A stretch of DNA of 64,000 nt from Candidatus Eiseniibacteriota bacterium. GTDB taxonomy: Bacteria > Eisenbacteria > RBG-16-71-46 > CAIMUX01 > VGJL01. The position numbers were made by a program, and so were the translations under genes. Position 1 is the stretch's first letter. Each line of letters begins with the position of its first letter. The notes beneath the pieces are model-generated. The model did no database searches, was not told the origin of the DNA, and saw only the letters and a list, made by a program, of their open reading frames with translations. The DNA lies in contig CAWBWI010000003.1 of NCBI GenBank assembly GCA_963792585.1, positions 704,001 to 768,000 of the forward strand, written 5' to 3'. Shown piece after piece: positions 28,998 to 39,406 of this stretch.

Positions 28998-31145
28998 ATG
29001 AGGATCCGCTTTGCGCTCGCCCTTCTGTTGCTGGTCGCGCTGGGTGCGGCGGTTCAACCATCCGCCGCCTACACCGTGCGCCCGACGCACCCGCGGCTGT
29101 TTCTGACCTCCGAGCAGCTCCCCGGCCTGCGGCAGCGTTGCGCGACGACCCATGCCGCGATCTTCGCCCCGCTGAAGAACCTCGCGGATCAGCGAATGCA
29201 GGAAGGGAGGAAGGACGCCCGCTATCTCACCGTCTTCACCTTCACCTGGCTCATGACGGAGCAGACGGTCTATCACGACTACGCGATCACGGCCGCGTTG
29301 GACTGCGCGGCCCACGGCGAGGAGACGGTGGGCGAGGGAAGCGCGCTCGGGCGCCTCTCGAGCCTCGCCCTCGCGTACGACTGGCTTTACAACGATATGA
29401 CCCCCACGCAGCGGATGACGATCGCAAACGCGCTCGTTCCCGGCGTACGCGACGACAAGCCGGTCTATGGCGAGCGCTATGCCTGGCTTCCGATCGACGA
29501 TTACTATTTCTATGCCCTCGCGATCTACGGCGATGGATATGCCGACGCGGACGCCGCCGCGGGATTCGACATCTCCTACCGTAGTTTCACCGAACGCTTC
29601 GTGCCCTCGCTCGACGAGGTCGGGACCTACGGTTCCGTGGACGGATACGGCGGCGTTCGGACGACCTTCATGTGGACCGTCGCCGAAATCTACCGCAGCG
29701 CCCTCGGCGAGGACTGGCCGAACCGCTCGGAGTTCATCAGGAACTCCGGCCAGTTCTGGATGAGTCGTCTGCGTGGGGACCTTCGCCTCACGCGCAATCC
29801 GGGCAAGTGGAACATGTCGGACACATCGAAGGCGCTCCTCTTCTCGTACTTCGCGACGGTGTTCAACAATCCGTACTGGCAGTCGCTCGCCAACACCTTC
29901 GTGGCCCGCACCGACACCTGGGACGCGCTCGACGCATGGCCGCTGATCGTCTGGTACAACCCTTCGCTACCCGCCGACGCCGTTCCCGACACCCTTTCCT
30001 ACCACTGCACCGGTTCGGGAATGACCTACATGCGCAACAACTGGGATTTCTCCCCCGGATCGACGACGGTGCATGCCGGCTTCTACAACGGGCCCGATCT
30101 CGTCCAGTCGTACACGCAGAACCACTTCGTCATCGCGCGCGGACAGGACAACCTGCTCATCGACAGCGGGGCCTATCACAGTGATCTGGACGACCACTAC
30201 TGGCCGTACTACGTTCGGGCGATCGCCCACAACGCCGTGCTCATCGACGATCCGACCGAGAGCTTGGGCAATTACATGAACTACCGGGAGCTCGTGCGCA
30301 CGGTTCCCGATGAGGGCGAGCAGATTCGAAGCGACATGGACGAGGGTCGGATCCGCTGGCCGCTGTCGGGAGGTTGCTACGGTTTCCGTGGGGAGATCAC
30401 CAACTTCCGCGACGCGGGCGACTATGTGTACGTGCGCGGCGACGCGACGTCGGCCTACCGCACGAAGACCTCACGGGTGGTGCGCGAGTTGGTCTACGTT
30501 CGGCCCGACATCTTCGTCGTGCGCGATCTCATCACCCGCAATCAGGCCGCATTCAAGACGAAGGCGGTCTTCCACATGATCGATCGGCCGGAGGCGGCGG
30601 GACCCTTCACGGTCGTCCGCGGCGATCTCGGGACCGGCGGGATCTTCCAATCCGCGGACACGCGCGAAGCGATGATCCGGCGCGGGGACAGTCAATGCGA
30701 GATCATCTTCGTGACGCCGCCCGCCGGGACAGGGGTCTTCCGCATCGTCGGCGGAGGAAACGCGTCCGGTCAGCCCTGGAAGCAAACCTGGGATTCGGGC
30801 GAGCCCCTGACCTACAGCGCATCGAGCTCCTACGAGTTCTGGGTGGACGATCGGAACTGGCCTCCCTGCGGGCAGTACTGCGGCCAGTCGAACATCGACG
30901 GACGCAACACGGACGAGGTGTCGAACGAGGCGGGGGACTGGCGCGTCGAGATCGAGGCCCCGAACACCGGGACCGAGGTCACCTTCCTGACGGTCATGCG
31001 CGTTGGAGCCCGCGGGGGCGCACCGATCGACGTCCGTCATCTCGAGACCGACACAGGCGATGCCGTGGCGATCGCGCGCGCTCCCGGGGACACGGTCGTG
31101 GTGGGATTCCGCAAGGGGACGGGACTGCCGGAAGTCCGCTACTGA
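28998..31145 (+). CDS. Secreted heparinase II/III-like polysaccharide lyase
   Basis: Signal peptide; HPRLFL; helical N-half; MRNNW, LLIDSG, AHNAVLID, VVRELVY beta-sandwich C-half. Confidence 0.75.
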   Translation: MRIRFALALLLLVALGAAVQPSAAYTVRPTHPRLFLTSEQLPGLRQRCATTHAAIFAPLKNLADQRMQEGRKDARYLTVFTFTWLMTEQTVYHDYAITAALDCAAHGEETVGEGSALGRLSSLALAYDWLYNDMTPTQRMTIANALVPGVRDDKPVYGERYAWLPIDDYYFYALAIYGDGYADADAAAGFDISYRSFTERFVPSLDEVGTYGSVDGYGGVRTTFMWTVAEIYRSALGEDWPNRSEFIRNSGQFWMSRLRGDLRLTRNPGKWNMSDTSKALLFSYFATVFNNPYWQSLANTFVARTDTWDALDAWPLIVWYNPSLPADAVPDTLSYHCTGSGMTYMRNNWDFSPGSTTVHAGFYNGPDLVQSYTQNHFVIARGQDNLLIDSGAYHSDLDDHYWPYYVRAIAHNAVLIDDPTESLGNYMNYRELVRTVPDEGEQIRSDMDEGRIRWPLSGGCYGFRGEITNFRDAGDYVYVRGDATSAYRTKTSRVVRELVYVRPDIFVVRDLITRNQAAFKTKAVFHMIDRPEAAGPFTVVRGDLGTGGIFQSADTREAMIRRGDSQCEIIFVTPPAGTGVFRIVGGGNASGQPWKQTWDSGEPLTYSASSSYEFWVDDRNWPPCGQYCGQSNIDGRNTDEVSNEAGDWRVEIEAPNTGTEVTFLTVMRVGARGGAPIDVRHLETDTGDAVAIARAPGDTVVVGFRKGTGLPEVRY

Positions 31146-31171
31146 TCCCCTCTGCCGCCTGCGTTATCTCT

Positions 31172-31200
31172 TCCCCGCGGGCGACGATCGCCCGCGGGGA
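31172..31200. terminator. Perfect 13-bp hairpin between convergent genes
   Basis: TCCCCGCGGGCGA-CGA-TCGCCCGCGGGGA. Confidence 0.7.
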
Positions 31201-31205
31201 TTCCG

Positions 31206-32783
31206 TTACCGGTCGCCGGAGCGGCCGTGCGGCAAGCTCCGCGGAATCGACCGGTACAGCTCCAGGATGTCGGCCCGTCCGATCGCGGCGAGGGCCGACC
31301 CGGCAAGGCAAAGCGCGCCGCCGACGATGCCCGCCACGATGACCCACAACAGCGATCCTCCATAGAGGGCGCGCGTGAAGTAGAGGAGAACCAATGCCGG
31401 CGTTCCGCCGGCGATGGCCCGGCCCATCAACAGGAACAGCTTCCCCATCGGCGGCAGGGCGCTGATCCGCCGCCCGGCGATGGGGCGGAGCAGCAGGTTC
31501 TTCGCCAGGAGCGCGATCGTGTTGCCGAGGGCGAAACCGAGGATGCCGAGGTGGAACGTCACGGCAAGCAGGAGGCTCACCCCCACGTTCCCCAGGGCGA
31601 CGACCAGATCGCCCGCCGACACCCACCCGATGTGGCCGCGCCCGGCGAGAACCGTCCAGACCGGCGCGAGACCGATCTCCAGAACCAGGGGCGCAAGAGA
31701 AGCGATCATGATGGGAAACGCCTGGAGGTATTCGGGCCCGACCCAGTTCGTGAGGAACAGATCGCCCAGCACGCAGGGAACCAGACAGACCGGCACGGCC
31801 AGCGTCGAGGTGATGGCGACGACCCTGCAGGTCGCGGCGCGCGTGCGCTCCTCGGGCGCCTCGGCCTCGAGCCGGGTGAAGAGCGGCGTGAGCGGCTCGA
31901 TCACCGAGAGCATGAAACCGCGGATCAGCGGCAGCCACCGCGCGCCGAGCGAATAGAGCGTCACCGCCGCCGTTCCGTAGATGCGTCCGATCAACAGGTT
32001 GTCGGTCGTGACGTAGAGCAGCGCCGCCCCTTGGCCGAGGAGCGCGATGCCTCCATAGCTGAACAGCTCCCGGCGGATCGGGGCGTCGCCGAGCCCGGGG
32101 CGGGGGATCGCCGGGCCCACCACTCTCGCCCGCTGCGCCAGCACCATCAGCGTCACGAGTGAAAGAACCATGATCAAGTTGACGATCCATCCGTAGAGGG
32201 TGAGGGTCGGCGTCAGGTAGTGGAAGCCGATCAGGATCAGCGGGATGCGGATCAGCTGCGTCAAACCGCGCAGGGCCGACAAAGCGGAGGTCTCCCCCGT
32301 GGAGTAGGTCGGGACCTCGAGGATCGCGCCGGCGTCGCTCAGCCAGGTCGCGATCATGAGGAGCACCACGCCGCGCGATGCGTCGGGGATCATCTCCGCG
32401 GGCAGATGGACGAACCTGCAGATCGGCCCGGCGAGAAAGATCCCGACCGCGAGGATCGGGATGCGAAGGATGATCCCCCACCAGAAGCCGGCCTGGTAGT
32501 GGCGTCGCGCTTCGTCGAGCCGCCCGGTGTGGACGCGAATCGTGACGTGGCGGCGCATGGCCGACCCGAGTCCTCCCCGGAGGAGCACGAGGTACTCGAA
32601 GACGGAGTTGACGGTGGCCATGATCCCGTACAGCTCGCGTCCGAGACCGTGAAGGATGAAGGGGGTGAGCGAGATCGCTACGATGAAGCTCGAGGCGCGG
32701 GCGATCGCGGCCATCGCGGCATTCCGAATCGCGACGGGAGCCATCCCGCGGCGGCGCTTCGAGTTCGGGTCGGTCGCAAACAT
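31206..32783 (-). CDS. Wzx-like polysaccharide flippase
   Basis: LTPFILHGLGRELYG, TDNLLIGR, many TM segments. Start uncertain. Confidence 0.85.
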   Translation of the reverse strand: MFATDPNSKRRRGMAPVAIRNAAMAAIARASSFIVAISLTPFILHGLGRELYGIMATVNSVFEYLVLLRGGLGSAMRRHVTIRVHTGRLDEARRHYQAGFWWGIILRIPILAVGIFLAGPICRFVHLPAEMIPDASRGVVLLMIATWLSDAGAILEVPTYSTGETSALSALRGLTQLIRIPLILIGFHYLTPTLTLYGWIVNLIMVLSLVTLMVLAQRARVVGPAIPRPGLGDAPIRRELFSYGGIALLGQGAALLYVTTDNLLIGRIYGTAAVTLYSLGARWLPLIRGFMLSVIEPLTPLFTRLEAEAPEERTRAATCRVVAITSTLAVPVCLVPCVLGDLFLTNWVGPEYLQAFPIMIASLAPLVLEIGLAPVWTVLAGRGHIGWVSAGDLVVALGNVGVSLLLAVTFHLGILGFALGNTIALLAKNLLLRPIAGRRISALPPMGKLFLLMGRAIAGGTPALVLLYFTRALYGGSLLWVIVAGIVGGALCLAGSALAAIGRADILELYRSIPRSLPHGRSGDR

Positions 32784-33022
32784 CGATGCAGACTCTATCC
32801 GTTCCGGACTCCGCCCGCCAAAGTGAATTCGGGATACGGGGCGGGTCGAGGACATCGTGTGAGCAGGATGCGGGCGGGGACGCGGTCCCGATGGAAGACG
32901 GTTGCGATCCGACTGCGGGCCTCCGGCGGCTCGCATCCGACGGTGGGCCGGTTGCGCAACGGTCGCCGGATCGGGTCTAATCCTCCGGTTACCAGGAGGC
33001 CACGCGCACAGAGGAGGAGTCG

Positions 33023-34006
33023 ATGAGAAAAGCCGCCCGCCGACTCGCCGGCGCCCTCGCGCGGCAACTCGTTGGCGCCGAAGGACTGGCCCGCTTGGCC
33101 CGCTCGCGCGGCTATCGCGGTCTCGCGCTCAACTACCACGTCATGCATGCATCGTCCATGGAGACGCACCTCGACATCCTCGAGTCCCTCTTCGTCATCG
33201 TGAGCGTGGACGAACTGCTCGTCCGCGCGCGCGCTCCACGACAGGCAGGGGGCCGGATGCCGATCGCGCTCACGTTCGACGACGGGAAGCGGAGCAACCT
33301 GACCGAGGTCCTTCCCGTTCTCGAACGACGGGGCCGGCACGCGACCTTCTTCATCACCTCCGAGCCGAGCCGCACGGGCGGACTCCACTGGTTCGACCTT
33401 GCGCGACGGATTGAGAAAGCCCGGCGCGATCGCGAGTCTGCGGGCGCCGATCTCGCGCGATTCAACGTGCGGCGCGCCCTGAAGCGGACCGACGCCGCGC
33501 ATCGCAACGAGATGCTCGCGTCCATGGCCGCAGAACTCGGCATCGACGCCGTCCCGCGCGACGATGACGAGCGTCCTCTCTCGTCCGCGGAGGTGGCCGA
33601 GGTCGCGCGGCGCGGATTCACCGTCGGCTCGCACTCCGCGACCCATCCAATCCTGACCGAGGAGTCCGAGGAGCATGTGCGCACGGAAATCGAGCAATCG
33701 CGCCGCACGATTGGAGAGTGGATCGGCGCTCCCGTCCGTCACTTCGCCTATCCGAACGGCAACGCTTCCGACCTCACGGAGGCGATCACGCGAGGGGCCG
33801 GTTACGAGGCGGCGTGGACGACGCTCCAACTCTGGGTCGCCGCCGGGGAAAACGAGCACCGCCTTCCCCGCGTGCAGATCTTCGAGCGGTACGACAGGGG
33901 AGAGATCGCCCTGAAGGCAGTGTTGTCAACGATGCGCGTCCTGCCGAACGCCGACGGCACTGGGTACGCATATCGTGATGCCGGGCGCGGGCGGACGGCC
34001 TGGTAA
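33023..34006 (+). CDS. CE4 polysaccharide deacetylase
   Basis: LTFDDG, GSHSATHP, FAYPNG; GGAGGAG RBS. Confidence 0.9.
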   Translation: MRKAARRLAGALARQLVGAEGLARLARSRGYRGLALNYHVMHASSMETHLDILESLFVIVSVDELLVRARAPRQAGGRMPIALTFDDGKRSNLTEVLPVLERRGRHATFFITSEPSRTGGLHWFDLARRIEKARRDRESAGADLARFNVRRALKRTDAAHRNEMLASMAAELGIDAVPRDDDERPLSSAEVAEVARRGFTVGSHSATHPILTEESEEHVRTEIEQSRRTIGEWIGAPVRHFAYPNGNASDLTEAITRGAGYEAAWTTLQLWVAAGENEHRLPRVQIFERYDRGEIALKAVLSTMRVLPNADGTGYAYRDAGRGRTAW

Positions 34007-34013
34007 CGATTTC

Positions 34014-35129
34014 ATGATAGGATCTCCCGAGATGAACGCTGCGGCGCACATGCGAGAGGATCCCCTCTTCGAGGGGCTCGGGATCGCCGTGGTGGGCAAC
34101 TTCGCCCCCCGCGGCAGCGGCATCTTTTATCAGCAGGAAGTGCTCGTCGACAACTTCGTCGCGGAGGGTGCGACCTGCGTGCCGGTGACCTACCAGCAGA
34201 ACCGTTTCCTTCGGCCGATCGCCACCGGCTTGGAACTCCTGCGGCATCGAAGTCGCTACCGGGTCCTCTGCTGTCAAGGTTTCTCGAACTGGAACTGGAT
34301 CAACAGCGCGGTCGCGATCCTCACCGCGAAGCTCCTGCGCAAGCCGATCACGATGGTCTATCGCGGCGGGGGATTCGCAGCCTTCGCCTCGCGGGCTCCC
34401 TGGGCCGTCCTGCCGCTCCTGCGCCGCGTGGATCAGTTGATCGTGCCGTCGGGCTACCTCCACAGGGAGTTCGACAAGCACGGCCTGCGTCATCGGATCA
34501 TACCGAACGTCATCGAGCTCGACGGCTGGCCATACCGGCGTCGCGAGCGGCTCGCGCCGAAGCTCCTGTGGGTCCGCCATATCCGCCCCGGATACAATCC
34601 GTGGATGGCCGTCGAGGTCCTCGAGCGCGTCCGGCGGCGCTTCCCCGAGGCGACCTTGACGATGGCGGGCGACGGCAGCATGGAGGAGGAGATGCGCCGC
34701 CGCCTTCACGATGAGAACGTGCAGGGCGTCGAAATGGTCGGCCATCTTCCCCTCGTGCAGCTCCGCGAACGCCTCGCCGCCGGGGAGATCTTCATCAACA
34801 CGACCAATGTGGACAACCAGCCCCGCTCCGTCATGGAGGCGATGGCGTGCGGCCTGCCGGTCGTCTCGACGAACGTCGGTGGTGTTCCCTTCCTGATCGA
34901 CGATCGGGTCCACGGAATCCTCGTCCCGCCCCGCGATCCCGATGCGATGGCCGCCGCGGTGCTGGAGCTGCTCGATACCCCGGCGCTCGCGTTGAAGCTC
35001 GCCGACGCCGCGATCGAACTCGTCCGCTCCTTCTCCTGGGAGTCGAGCCGCCATCTCTGGCGGCAGGTCTTCGGGGACGCAGGAGTCCTGCCGGCTCGAG
35101 ATCCAGCGAGGGCGCGGCGTGCAAACTGA
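34014..35129 (+). CDS. GT4 glycosyltransferase
   Basis: IPNVI, DNQPRSVMEAMACGLPVVSTNVGG. Start approximate. Confidence 0.88.
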   Translation: MIGSPEMNAAAHMREDPLFEGLGIAVVGNFAPRGSGIFYQQEVLVDNFVAEGATCVPVTYQQNRFLRPIATGLELLRHRSRYRVLCCQGFSNWNWINSAVAILTAKLLRKPITMVYRGGGFAAFASRAPWAVLPLLRRVDQLIVPSGYLHREFDKHGLRHRIIPNVIELDGWPYRRRERLAPKLLWVRHIRPGYNPWMAVEVLERVRRRFPEATLTMAGDGSMEEEMRRRLHDENVQGVEMVGHLPLVQLRERLAAGEIFINTTNVDNQPRSVMEAMACGLPVVSTNVGGVPFLIDDRVHGILVPPRDPDAMAAAVLELLDTPALALKLADAAIELVRSFSWESSRHLWRQVFGDAGVLPARDPARARRAN

Positions 35130-35991
35130 ACCCAGACAGGTCCTGCTGAACTGCCTTGCCGGCACTCCGGCGTTCCGCCTGCTGCGGCGCGTGCGCGACG
35201 CGCGCAGAAGGCCGAACTACGAGGCGATCGTGCGCTACATGCTCGACCGGTTGCGGGTTCGGCGCGCATTCATCGGCGATGAGCGCATTGCCGGCGCGAC
35301 GATGCTCGAGATCGGATCCGGGAAGGAGTTCGGGCTCGCCCTCCTCCTGCTCGGGATCGGGGCGCGCCGCGTGGTGAATATCGAGATCGATCCGTACGGA
35401 TTCCTGAGGAACGCGGCCCTGTATCGGCTCCTGGTCGAGAAGGCGGCATCCGAGGGTGTGCCGCTCACCTGGCCGCCCGATGGCCTCCTCCTCGAGGGCG
35501 ATCGCGTCCAACCCGATCCGAAGCGGATCACCCTCTACCTCGGACGCTCTGCCGCGTCGATCCCCGAGAACGACGGGGCGTTCGACGTGACCTTCAGCGT
35601 CTCGGTGCTCCAGCATGTTCGCCGCAGCGAGGTGGCCCCCCTGGCGCGGGAACTCTTCCGCCTGACGCGACCCGGCGGGAAGGGGTACCACCGGATCGAC
35701 CTGGTCGATCTCTACCACAAACGGACCGAGCCGTTCCGCCACCTCTGCTACGCGCCCGAGCAGTACGAGCGGATGTACAGCCGCCGCGGGACCTACTCCA
35801 ACCGTTTCCGCACGGACGATTTCGAGAGGATCTTCCGAGAGGCCGGGTTCCGCGAGATCGACTTCGAGGACGTGCGCAAGGAGGACGCGGAGCGTTTCGC
35901 CCGCTGGCGGCCCTCATTCCACGAGGAATTCCGCAACAAGGATCCGGAGATCCTGAGGACGACGATCTGCATGCTCGTCGCGACCCGCTGA
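35119..35991 (+). CDS. Class I SAM-dependent methyltransferase
   Basis: MLEIGSG, FDVTFSVSVLQHV, LTRPGG. Confidence 0.85.
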   Translation: MQTEPRQVLLNCLAGTPAFRLLRRVRDARRRPNYEAIVRYMLDRLRVRRAFIGDERIAGATMLEIGSGKEFGLALLLLGIGARRVVNIEIDPYGFLRNAALYRLLVEKAASEGVPLTWPPDGLLLEGDRVQPDPKRITLYLGRSAASIPENDGAFDVTFSVSVLQHVRRSEVAPLARELFRLTRPGGKGYHRIDLVDLYHKRTEPFRHLCYAPEQYERMYSRRGTYSNRFRTDDFERIFREAGFREIDFEDVRKEDAERFARWRPSFHEEFRNKDPEILRTTICMLVATR

Positions 35992-35992
35992 G

Positions 35993-37159
35993 ATGAGCGA
36001 GATCTCCTGGCACCAGACGACGGCATCGGTCCTCCGGCTGCGCGCCGACTGGGATCGATGGTTGGACGCATGGGACGTCGTCTGCTCGTTCCTTCGATGG
36101 GACTGGATCCGGACGTGGCTGCGGGTCTACGCGAAGAATGCGCAGTTGCTCGTGGGCGTCGTTACGGAGGAAGGGGTCGTGATCGGCATCGCCCCCCTCG
36201 TGATCGCCCGCGAGCGGACCTTCCCCGGCGGACCGGTGGTTCGGTGCGTCCGCATGATCGGTGACGGGCCGCTTTGCCCGGATCATCTGGTCTTTCCGGT
36301 GGCGGCGGGACGGGGGGATCTCTTCGCCCACGCGCTCGTCGATGGGCTGCTCGCGCGTCAGGCAGAGTGGGACCGGATCGAGATCCGCGATCTCCTGCAA
36401 GAGCATCCCGTGTGGCAAGCGGTGGCGGCCGCCCTCCGAGCATCCGGGGTCCATCCGGTCGTCCGAACCAGGACCCACTGCCCCTACATCCCGCTGCCCG
36501 ATTCCTTCGACGCGTATCTCGAGACGCTCGGAACCAAGACGCGGAAGATGCTCCGCTATGGGTTGAAGCGTCTCGATCGGGAGTTGAACGTTCGGATCAT
36601 CGAGCCGACGTCCGTAGACGAGGTGGACCGCCTGGTGGCGCGCCTCGAGGTGCTCCACGGACGCGCGTGGAAGGCTCGCGGACGCCCCGGCGTCTTCGAA
36701 GACGAGGCATTCCGTCTTTTCCACCGCCTGCATGCCCGGCGCGCCTACCGGAGCGGCCGGCTGTGGCTCACGGCGATGAGCACTTCTGATCGCGAGATCG
36801 CGGTCCTGCTCGGTTTCGTGAGTCCGCGGGGGTTGCACTATTATCAGCTAGGTCACGACCCGGAGATGAGGGCGTACTCGGTTGGGACGATGATGGTTGC
36901 CTCGGTGATCGCCCGCGGGATCGCCCGCGGCCTTCCGGAGATGGATTTTCTGCGTGGGCAGGGCGCCTACAAGATGCACCTCACCCGCCACGAGAGGCGG
37001 GGCCATGACCTGATCGTCCACAGCGGGTCGACCGCGAATCGGGCGGCGAACGCCGTTCACGACCTTCGTGGCGGGGTCCGCACGGTGCTCAGGAAGACGA
37101 TCGGCAAGGATCGCGCACAGCGCCTGAAGCGCTGGATCGGCATCGATGAGAACAGGTAG
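35993..37159 (+). CDS. GNAT acetyltransferase (CelD/BcsL-like, EPS-associated)
   Basis: DWIRTW, IGIAPL, YYQLGHD, DFLRGQGAYK. Confidence 0.85.
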   Translation: MSEISWHQTTASVLRLRADWDRWLDAWDVVCSFLRWDWIRTWLRVYAKNAQLLVGVVTEEGVVIGIAPLVIARERTFPGGPVVRCVRMIGDGPLCPDHLVFPVAAGRGDLFAHALVDGLLARQAEWDRIEIRDLLQEHPVWQAVAAALRASGVHPVVRTRTHCPYIPLPDSFDAYLETLGTKTRKMLRYGLKRLDRELNVRIIEPTSVDEVDRLVARLEVLHGRAWKARGRPGVFEDEAFRLFHRLHARRAYRSGRLWLTAMSTSDREIAVLLGFVSPRGLHYYQLGHDPEMRAYSVGTMMVASVIARGIARGLPEMDFLRGQGAYKMHLTRHERRGHDLIVHSGSTANRAANAVHDLRGGVRTVLRKTIGKDRAQRLKRWIGIDENR

Positions 37160-38312
37160 GGACGCCATGGCTGCCGATCCGGTGCGCGCGCTGCTCCTCA
37201 TCGACACCCTGGGGCGGGCCGGAGCGGAGCGTCAGGCCCAGTTGCTCGCGCTCAACATGCCGCGGGATCGCGTCTCCTTCTGGGTCGGTTGCTTCCGAGC
37301 GCCCGAGGAATCGGAGCGCGCGTTCGCGGACCGGGGAATTCCCCTCCTCCGTCTATCGAACCGCCCGCGTAGGCTGTGGCCGCTCGTTCTGATGCCGCGG
37401 ATCGCCTCGTTCGTCGGAAGACATCGGATCCAGGTCATTCAGGGGTTTCTCCCGACGTTCGACGTTCTGGTGCCGCTGGCTCGGCTGTGGGCGCCGGCGG
37501 TGCGGGTCAGCGTGAGCCGCCGGAATGTCGACGATCAGCTCTCCCCGAGGATCCTGCGCGACGTGCGATTCGCCGGGCGTCTCGCCCACGCGATCGTCGC
37601 GAATTCGGAAGCGGTCGCCGTCAGCGTCCGCAGATTCGAGGGAGATCCCGGGAACAAACTCCGCGTCATCCCCAACGGGGTCGTCATCCCCGAGCCGATC
37701 ACGCCCGCGGAGCGGGAGAATGCCCGCCGTCGATTTGGCCTGAAGCCCGGGGAACTCGCGATCTGCTATCTTTCGCACTTCCGCGACGGCAAGGGACATC
37801 GGTATCTTCCCGAGTTCGCGGAGCGCGTCCTGCGCGAGGTCCCGCATGCCCGATTCCTCCTCGCGGGGGATATGAAGAACAACCGGGTCTATCGCAGGAA
37901 CGCCGAAAGTTTCCGGTCGTCCGTCGCCGCGATGGGACTGGAACAGTACTTCTACAGCCTCGGCATCATCGACGAAAGTCGTGATCTCCTGGCGGCGACC
38001 GATGTATCGTTGAACCTTTCCGACGTGGAAGGAATGAGCAACTCCTTGATGGAGTCGATGGCGCTCGGGGTGCCCGTCGTGGCGACCGATGCGGGAGGGG
38101 CGCGCGAGATGATCACAGACGGGATCGAAGGGGCGGTCGTTCCGCGGGGCGAGATCGCCGCCGCGGCGTCGCGCTTGATCGCCCTCGCAAGCGATCCCGG
38201 CGCCCGCGCCCGCGCGGGCGAAGCCGGCCGCGCGCGGATCGCCCGCGATTTCTCGATCGAGCGGATGGTCGACGCCTACGCGCGGCTCTACGAGGAGTTG
38301 GCGGGGCGGTGA
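37146..38312 (+). CDS. GT4 glycosyltransferase
   Basis: AGAERQ, IPNGV, KGH, EGMSNSLMESMALG. Confidence 0.9.
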   Translation: MRTGRDAMAADPVRALLLIDTLGRAGAERQAQLLALNMPRDRVSFWVGCFRAPEESERAFADRGIPLLRLSNRPRRLWPLVLMPRIASFVGRHRIQVIQGFLPTFDVLVPLARLWAPAVRVSVSRRNVDDQLSPRILRDVRFAGRLAHAIVANSEAVAVSVRRFEGDPGNKLRVIPNGVVIPEPITPAERENARRRFGLKPGELAICYLSHFRDGKGHRYLPEFAERVLREVPHARFLLAGDMKNNRVYRRNAESFRSSVAAMGLEQYFYSLGIIDESRDLLAATDVSLNLSDVEGMSNSLMESMALGVPVVATDAGGAREMITDGIEGAVVPRGEIAAAASRLIALASDPGARARAGEAGRARIARDFSIERMVDAYARLYEELAGR

Positions 38313-39406
38313 GCCGGACGATACGACAGGCCGCCCGCTGGATCGCGGCGGGAACAGCCGGGGGTCTCGGTATCGTCGCCGGGCACGGCCGGAAGCGCAG
38401 GCTCGGTGGGCGTTGGGGGGTCATCCTCCGCTACCACCGAGTGATCCCTCCGGAGGAGCCGCTCGCCCCGTACCGGATGGGAATCGGGGCCGACCTCTTC
38501 GCCTCGCAGATGGCCTGGCTCGCCGAGAGCGGCCGCGTCGTCTCCCTCGATGAGTTCCTCCATTGGAAGGGCTCGGAGAAGACGCCTCCGCAGGATCTCT
38601 TCGTCCTGACCTTCGACGACGGCTATCGCGACAATCTGACCCACGCCGCGCCGATCCTGAAGGGGTTCGGCATGCCGGCGACCTTCTACATCACCGCGGC
38701 CTGCCTGACCGAGCGGATGCCCTTCTGGCCCGAAGTGCTCTCCCAGATCGTCCGCCTCACGTCGGCGCGCTCGCGGGCCGCTACGATCGACGGACTCGGG
38801 ACGGTGTTGCACCTCGACACGCCCGAGGTCCGCACGAAGACATGTCTCATGTTGATCGACTGGCTGCGCAAGCTGCCGTCCGAGAGGATCTCCGAGGAAC
38901 TGGGAAGGATCGCGGAGATCCTGCAGGTGGATCCGGACCGGGCGCGGAAAGCCACGCCGCCGGTTCTCTCGGCGGAAGACTTGCGTGCGCTCACGGCGGA
39001 TGGTCACACGATCGGTTCACACACGGTGACCCACCCCTACCTCGCGGCGGAGACGGTCGAGGTCCAGCGCGTGGAGATCGAGGACTCGCGCCGCATTCTC
39101 GAGGAGGCCGTGCGCGGATCCGTCCTCGATTTCTGCTACCCGGGCGGAGGTTATACGGCGACGACGCGCGGTCTCGTCGCGGCGGCGGGGTACCGATCCG
39201 CGACGACCTCCGATCTGGGTATCGCGGGACCGGGGGACGATCCCCTCCGCCTGCCGCGCGTGGGCGTCGGCGAGGGACTCACGCGCGGCCCTTCCGGAAG
39301 CTTCTCGCCCGCCCTGATGCGGGCGGAAACCTCCGGATTCTTCGCGGACCTCTATCGCAGTCGGCGCGCGCGCCGCGCGAAGGGATCGCTTACTTCCGCA
39401 CCGTGA
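38309..39406 (+). CDS. CE4 polysaccharide deacetylase
   Basis: ILRYHRV, LTFDDGYRDN, GSHTVTHP, FCYPGG. Confidence 0.9.
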   Translation: MSRTIRQAARWIAAGTAGGLGIVAGHGRKRRLGGRWGVILRYHRVIPPEEPLAPYRMGIGADLFASQMAWLAESGRVVSLDEFLHWKGSEKTPPQDLFVLTFDDGYRDNLTHAAPILKGFGMPATFYITAACLTERMPFWPEVLSQIVRLTSARSRAATIDGLGTVLHLDTPEVRTKTCLMLIDWLRKLPSERISEELGRIAEILQVDPDRARKATPPVLSAEDLRALTADGHTIGSHTVTHPYLAAETVEVQRVEIEDSRRILEEAVRGSVLDFCYPGGGYTATTRGLVAAAGYRSATTSDLGIAGPGDDPLRLPRVGVGEGLTRGPSGSFSPALMRAETSGFFADLYRSRRARRAKGSLTSAP

